DNA from: Centroscyllium fabricii
Taxonomy: Eukaryota
Assembly (NCBI GenBank): GCA_051313645.2
Contig: JBNRSN020000006.1
Location: forward strand, 11,346,001-11,410,000
DNA: 64,000 bases
Direction of reading: 5' to 3'
The notes beneath the pieces are model-generated. The model did no database searches, was not told the DNA's origin, and saw nothing but the letters and a program-made list of their open reading frames with translations. A program made the translations under genes and the position numbers. Positions 58,410 to 64,000 of the stretch are shown here, piece after piece (the stretch's first letter is position 1; each line of letters starts with the position of its first letter).

Positions 58410-58985
58410 GTTAACTCGGTTTCCTCTCTCCACCGATGCTGCCGAGCCTGCTGAGTTTCTCCAGCGTTTTCTGTTGTTATTTCGGATTTCCAGCATCCGC
58501 AGTATTTTGCTACCGTATAAGTACGGAGATAAGCTGGTTCCACCTTATTTGGAATGTATTGTGTAGTGTTACTATTAGAAGGGGCATATCAAGGTTACAA
58601 GTGGTGGCAAACAGGCAAGGATGGTATCAGAGGCAGTGTTAATTAGGCAGAGCATGTTGCTCACGAGGCCAGTTTATTTTATAGAGGACCATTGGCAGTT
58701 CATGTAAGAGCACAAATACAGGCTTTAGGTGAAGCTCCTGTCAATTATTCATTGACCCATCAATCTTCCCGATCACACATCAACCTCAGCCTATTTTGGT
58801 TTGTTCCACCTCTTCTCTAGCAGCATGCTAACCAACAAACCCCCCCCACCCCCCCCCCCGCCCCCCCCGGTCCTCTTGCTGCAGTGTGTCCCCTCTTTAG
58901 ATTGCAAAATGATGCAGGTCGCAGCATTTATTGATAATATGAGACACCCTGTCCGGGCTCCGGAGCACCAACTCCCAACTTGAGC

Positions 58986-61515
58986 CAGCTTCCACAGCTC
59001 GCAGAGGCAGCAAATTCCACAGACTCACTGATACCTTATCAATAACCTCAGAAACAAGAAGTTACGTGGTGAATAAAGGCTATTATTCGCTAAAGCTTGG
59101 GCATGCCCCAGCTAGTCGACTGCTCCCGGAATGATCGGGGGGAGGGAAACAGTTACCTTTATACCTGTCCTGGGAGGAGGAGTCACAGGCAGAGTCAGCA
59201 CGGGCATACCCAGACAAGCAGTACACAGAACTATATACACAATACTACAGGCCATGGATATGATACAAATATATACATAGTGGTTTACCACATTCACCCC
59301 AGCGGGGCGAATGCTATGCAGTCGTTAAAGGTTAAGTCTGTCGGGCGGCCTGGTCTGCCTTGTCGAGCGGCGCACCGCTGGTGGTGGAGTCGGCGGGCGC
59401 ACCGTTGGCGGTGGAGTCGGCGACGTCGGGGTCGGCGAGAGTGTTTGATCCGATGCGGGGCCCCTTGTGGTAACAATCACTGGCGCGCTCTCCCATTCGT
59501 CATCCGGCTGGCGGGTGCGTAGGTTAGGGGGCCATACCGTGCTGCCTGCAGGTGCTGGGTGGGCGTACCGGGGTGCTGGTGCCGGCGCCTCGAGGGTACG
59601 ACGTATCGTGGTGCTGGTGCCCCAAGGGTGGCGGTAAGCAGGGGGGGGGGTGCGGGCTGATGGGTCGTACTGGTCTCGGGGGCACCCGAGGGTGCCAGGT
59701 CCTTGATGGACACCGTATCCTCCCTCCCGTCAGGGTATGCCACGTAGGCGTACTGGGGGTTGGCATGCAGGAGGTGGACCTGTTCGACCAGGGGGTCCGA
59801 CTTATGGCCCCTCACGTGCTTCCAGAGCAGGACGGGTCCCGGGGACGATAGTCATGACGGCAGCGAGGTCCCTGAAGCCAACTTCCTAGGGAAGGCAAAA
59901 AGTCGCTCGTGTGGGGTGGCGTTAGTGGCCGTACATAAAAGTGACCGAATGGAGTGGAGCGCTTCGGGGAGGACGTCCTGCCAGCGGGAGACTGGGAGGC
60001 CTTTAGACCGTAGGGCTAATAGGATGGCCTTCCAGACGGTGGCGTTCTCCCTCTCTACCTGTCCGTTCCCCCGGGGGTTATAGCTGGTAGTCCTGCTCGT
60101 GGCGATGCCCTTGGCTAGCAGAAACTGACGCAGCTCGTCACTCATAAAAGAGGCCCCCCGGTCGCTATGGATGTAGCTGGGGTAGCCGAACAGGGAGAAG
60201 ATGCTGTGCAGTGCTTTGATGACCGTGGAGGAGGTCATGTCCGGGCAGGGGATGGCGAAGGGGAAACGCGAGTACTCGTCAATGACATTTAAAAAGTACG
60301 CGTTGCGGTTAGAGGAGGGGAGGGGCCCTTTAAAGTCGACGCTGAGTCGCTCAAAGGGGCGGGTCGCCTTAATCAGATGTGCCCGGTCCGGCCAAAAGAA
60401 GTGCGGCTTGCACTCCGCACAGACCCGGCAGTTCTTGGTCATGGTTCTGACCTCTTTGATGGAGTAGGGGAGGTTGTGGGACTTGATAAAGTGAACGAAC
60501 CTGGTGACCCCCGGGTGGCAGAGGTCGTTGTGCAGGGTCTGGAGACGGTCCACTTGTGCGCTAGCACATGTACCGTGGGACAGGGTGTCTGGGGGTTCAT
60601 TGAATTTCCCGGGCCGGTACAAGATATCATAATTGAAAGCAGAGAGCTCAATTCTCCACCTCAATATCTTGTGATTCTTGATTTTACCCCGCTCTTTGTT
60701 GTTGAACATGAACGCGACTGTTATTTGCTAAAGCTTGGGCATGCCCCAGCTAGTCGACTGCTCCTGGAATGATCGGCGGGAGGGAGACAGTTACCTTTAT
60801 ACCTGTCCTGGGAGGAGGAGTCATAGGCGGAGTCAGCACGGGCATGCCCAGACAAGCAGTACACAGAGAACTATATACACAATACTACAGGCCATGGATA
60901 TGATACAAATATATACATAGTGGTTTACCACACTCACCACCCTGAGTGAAGAAATTCCTTCTCATCTCAGTTTTGAAAGGGCAGCCCCTTATTCTCAGAT
61001 TATGCCCCCTAGTTCTAGTCTCACCCATCAGTGGAAACATCCTCACCGCATCCACCCGATCAAGCCCCCTCACAATCTTATATGTTTTGATAAGATCGCC
61101 TCTCACTCTTCTGAACTCCAATGAGTAGAGGCCCAACCTACTCAACCTTTCCTCATAAGTCAACCCCCTCATCTCCGGAATCAACCGAGTGAATCTTCTC
61201 TGAACTGCATCGAGAGCAAGTATATCCTTTCTCAAATATGGAAACCAAAACTGCACGCAGTATTCCAGATGTTGCCTCACCAATACCCTGTATAACTGCA
61301 GCAAGACTTCGCTGCTTTTATACTCCAGCCCCTTGCAATAAAAGCCAAGACTCTATTAGCCTTCCAGATCACCTGCTGTACCTGCATACTAACCTTCTGT
61401 GTTGCATGCACCAGGACCCCCAGATCCCTTTGTACCGTAACGCTTTGCAGTTTCTCTCCATTCAGATAATAATTTGCTCTTTGATTTTTTTTGCCAAAGT
61501 GAATAACCTCACACC
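58986..61515 (-). mobile_element. CR1 fragment interrupted by a deleted Gypsy
   Basis: Pieces 58986-59028 and 60933-61515 join across a CTCAC TSD. Confidence 0.85.
59029..60932 (-). mobile_element. Internally deleted Gypsy element (integrase and end of RNase H only)
   Basis: 3' LTR 59029-59292 plus PPT; partial 5' LTR 60721-60932; integrase ORFs 59477-60709; CTCAC TSD. Confidence 0.9.
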
Positions 61516-61521
61516 AATAAA

Positions 61522-63057
61522 GTGGAGGATTGGCTTTCTAACAGAAAACAGAGAGTTGGGATAAATGGTTCGTTCTCAGACTGGCAGTCAGTCACTAGTG
61601 GTGTTCCGCAAGGGTCGGTGCTGGGACCCCAACTCTTTACAATCTATATTAACGATTTGGAAGAAGGGACCAAGTGCAACATATCAAAGTTTGCGGATGA
61701 CTTAAAGATGGGAGGGAGGGTGATGAATGAGGAGGACATTAAAAACCTGCAAAAGGACATAGATAGGCTAAGTGGGCAGAGATTTGGCAGATGGAGTATA
61801 ATACTGGAAAATGTGAAGTTATGCACTTTGTCAGGAAAAATAATAGAGCGAGTTATTATCTAAATGGAAAGGAACTGGAAAGTACTTCAGTGCAAAGGGA
61901 TCTGGGGGTCCTGGTGCAGGAAACACAAAAAGTTAATATGCAGGTGCACCAGGTGGTAAGGAAGGCCATGTAGCGCCAGCAAGGCCTAGGAACCACACGT
62001 AAGCCAGAGAGACAGAAAAAACACTTGTTTAATGCATCACAGTAACACAAGAAGAGAGTGAACCACTCGAAGCAGGCTTATTTAAACTGCCCACCGTTGG
62101 TGACGTCATCACGCCGGAAGTCGTGGTGATGTCATCGCGTGACCCGATGGGCGGGGCCATGCCCCGCAGTGTTCCCGAGGCGGATTCGGTGTCCTAGTGG
62201 GCGTGCCGCCGCAGCCAACAGAATGTTGGCTTTTATTGCTAAGGAGATGGAGTATAAAAGCAGGGAGGTCTTGCTGCAGTTGTACAGGGTATTGGTGAGA
62301 CCACACCTGGAATACTGCGTGCAGTTCTGGTATCCCTATTTAAGAAAGGACATACTTGCTCTCGAGGCAGTGCAGAGAAGGTTCACTAGGTTAATTCCGG
62401 GGATGAGGGGGCTAACATATGACGAGAGGCTGAGTAGATTGGGCCTCTACTCATTGGAGTTCAGAAGAATGAGAGGCGATCTTATTGAAACATATAAGAT
62501 TGTGAGAGGGCTTGATCGGGTGGATGCGGTGAGGATGTTCCCAATGGTGGGTGAGACTAGGACTATGGGGCATAATCTTAAAATAAGGGGCTGCCATTTC
62601 AAAACTGAGATGAGGGGGAACTTCTTTACTCAGAGGGTGGTGGGGCTGTGGAATTTGCTGCCCCAGAGAGCTGTGGAAGCTACTACGTTGAATAAATTTT
62701 AAACTGAGATAGACAGTTTCCTGGAATTAAAGGGAACTAGGGGTTATGGTGAGCGGGCAGGTAAGTGGACGTGAGGCTAGGTTCAGATCGGCCATGTGAT
62801 CTCCTGGACCAGTTTTCGATCGCCTAGATGGGTCGGAGAGGAATTTTCCTGATTTTTTTCTCCCAAATTGGCAACTGGGTTTTTTATTCTGGTTTTTCGC
62901 CTCTCCCAGGTGATCACATGGGTCTGGGCGGGGTGGAGAGTAAAAATAAAATTGAGGTTAGGATCAGATCAGCCATGATCTTGTTGAATGGCGGAGCAGG
63001 CTCGAGGGGCCGATTGGCCTACTCCTGCTCCTATTTCTTATGTTCTTATGTTCTTAT
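61522..63057 (+). mobile_element. 5'-truncated CR1 with long structured 3' UTR, interrupted by a solo LTR
   Basis: RT peptides 61522-62702; tail (TTCTTATG)n. Confidence 0.92.
61969..62213 (-). mobile_element. Solo LTR, CsRn1-like lineage
   Basis: TG...CA, 245 bp, GCCA TSD, homologous to 16508-16755. Confidence 0.9.
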
Positions 63058-63213
63058 AACCAACATTATATTCCATCTGCCAAATCTGTGCCCACTCACC
63101 TAGCCTGTCTATGTCCCTTTGCAGGTTTTTTATGTCAGATGGAGGCCTGAGCCTCGTTATACAGGGGTACTTCCTTTCTGTTTCGGGGGTTCCTCACTGG
63201 TGTCAGTAGTCAG

Positions 63214-64000
63214 TGTAACCGTCAATAACGTCTTCGGAGTCGAATAGTTGGTTAGAATAATCAGGCTTTTATTAACTACGATGACAATACACAAGTATCC
63301 AACAGTGAGGCTGACTGTACCCGGAATGGCATGGGGGATGGGGGCAGTCACTTATATACCTCCTCCAGCGGGGGAGGAGTCATGGGCGGCGCCAGGTATG
63401 CTCCTGGGATCCCGTACAGGTATTACAGAGTATTACATGGTGATTCATTATATACAGTGATATATGGTTTATCACATTCAGCCCTTCTTTAAAAACAAAA
63501 GTATAGCGGGGTGAACAAAACACGGAAGTACAGCGAGGTGAAAAAAAACCTAATAATTACATGGTGATTCGTCAACAACAAGGAAATATATATACAAGCA
63601 GAGTTCTTATGACTATAAATTCAGTCTATCAGGCGGTTTTGTTATCCGCGCTGATCTTCGCACCGCTGGTGGTGCCTGTGGTGTTCGTTGTCGTGGAGTG
63701 GCTGGTTGTGTCGGTTGTTCCCTTGATGCCGGTCGACTGGTGGTGGTTATATCACTGCTGTGTGGCGGTGGTGCCCTGATTCTGGCAGCAGGGGGCACGG
63801 TCTCTCCTTTGTCCTCTGACTCTAGGGGGCACGCTTTGTGGATCCAAGCTTGGTGCTCGTTCGTGCTGCTAGCAGGTGCCTTGTGGACATACTGGGGTAC
63901 TGGGCCCACGTGTTGGGGCGTGTCCTTCGGCCTCGGCGGCGCGGGGAGCGTCACAGGGCTTTTTGGGTGCGCGGGCTGCTTGGCGGGGCTTTTTGGGAGC
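63214..64000 (-). mobile_element. 3' LTR and integrase tail of another non-tRNA-PBS Gypsy, running off the window
   Basis: LTR ~63214-63476 with GGCTTTTATT motif; PPT rc AAAGAAGGGCTGAA; VRRSARITKPPDRLNL C-terminus. Left end approximate. Confidence 0.8.

Larger units (their letters stand above)
57447..58512. mobile_element. Penelope-like element ends in inverted arrangement, interrupted by a MITE
   Basis: 57447-57514 is the inverted repeat of 58410-58477 (GTTAACTC..TTTC.TCTCTCCACCGATGCTGCC...CTGCTGAGTTTCT..AGCGTTTTCTGTTGT); hammerhead core adjacent. Confidence 0.72.

Overview
Almost entirely repeat-derived vertebrate DNA, most likely from a shark or ray, judging by HE1-type V-SINEs and HER1-type CR1 LINEs that share a 3' tail. 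I found no confidently identifiable host gene; there are only one or two weak minus-strand exon candidates. The window is a deeply nested transposon pile. It contains about 14 CR1 pieces, L2 and Rex1/Babar LINEs, and two Gypsy lineages: a CsRn1-like lineage with a tRNA-Trp PBS (including one intact copy with identical LTRs) and a second lineage with no tRNA PBS. It also holds PIF/Harbinger and Tigger-like MITEs, two different 5S-derived SINEs, a Penelope end with a minimal hammerhead, and two minisatellites. Two observations stand out. (1) In the second Gypsy lineage the PBS position carries a covarying, perfect 14-15 nt complement of the element's own LTR polyA-signal region, a candidate tRNA-independent self-priming system. 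(2) One CR1 subfamily carries a 3'-UTR cassette that folds like a double ENE (two U-rich internal loops) followed by a genome-encoded A-rich tract, a candidate RNA triple helix. All family assignments come from my recognition of motifs; no database search was run.
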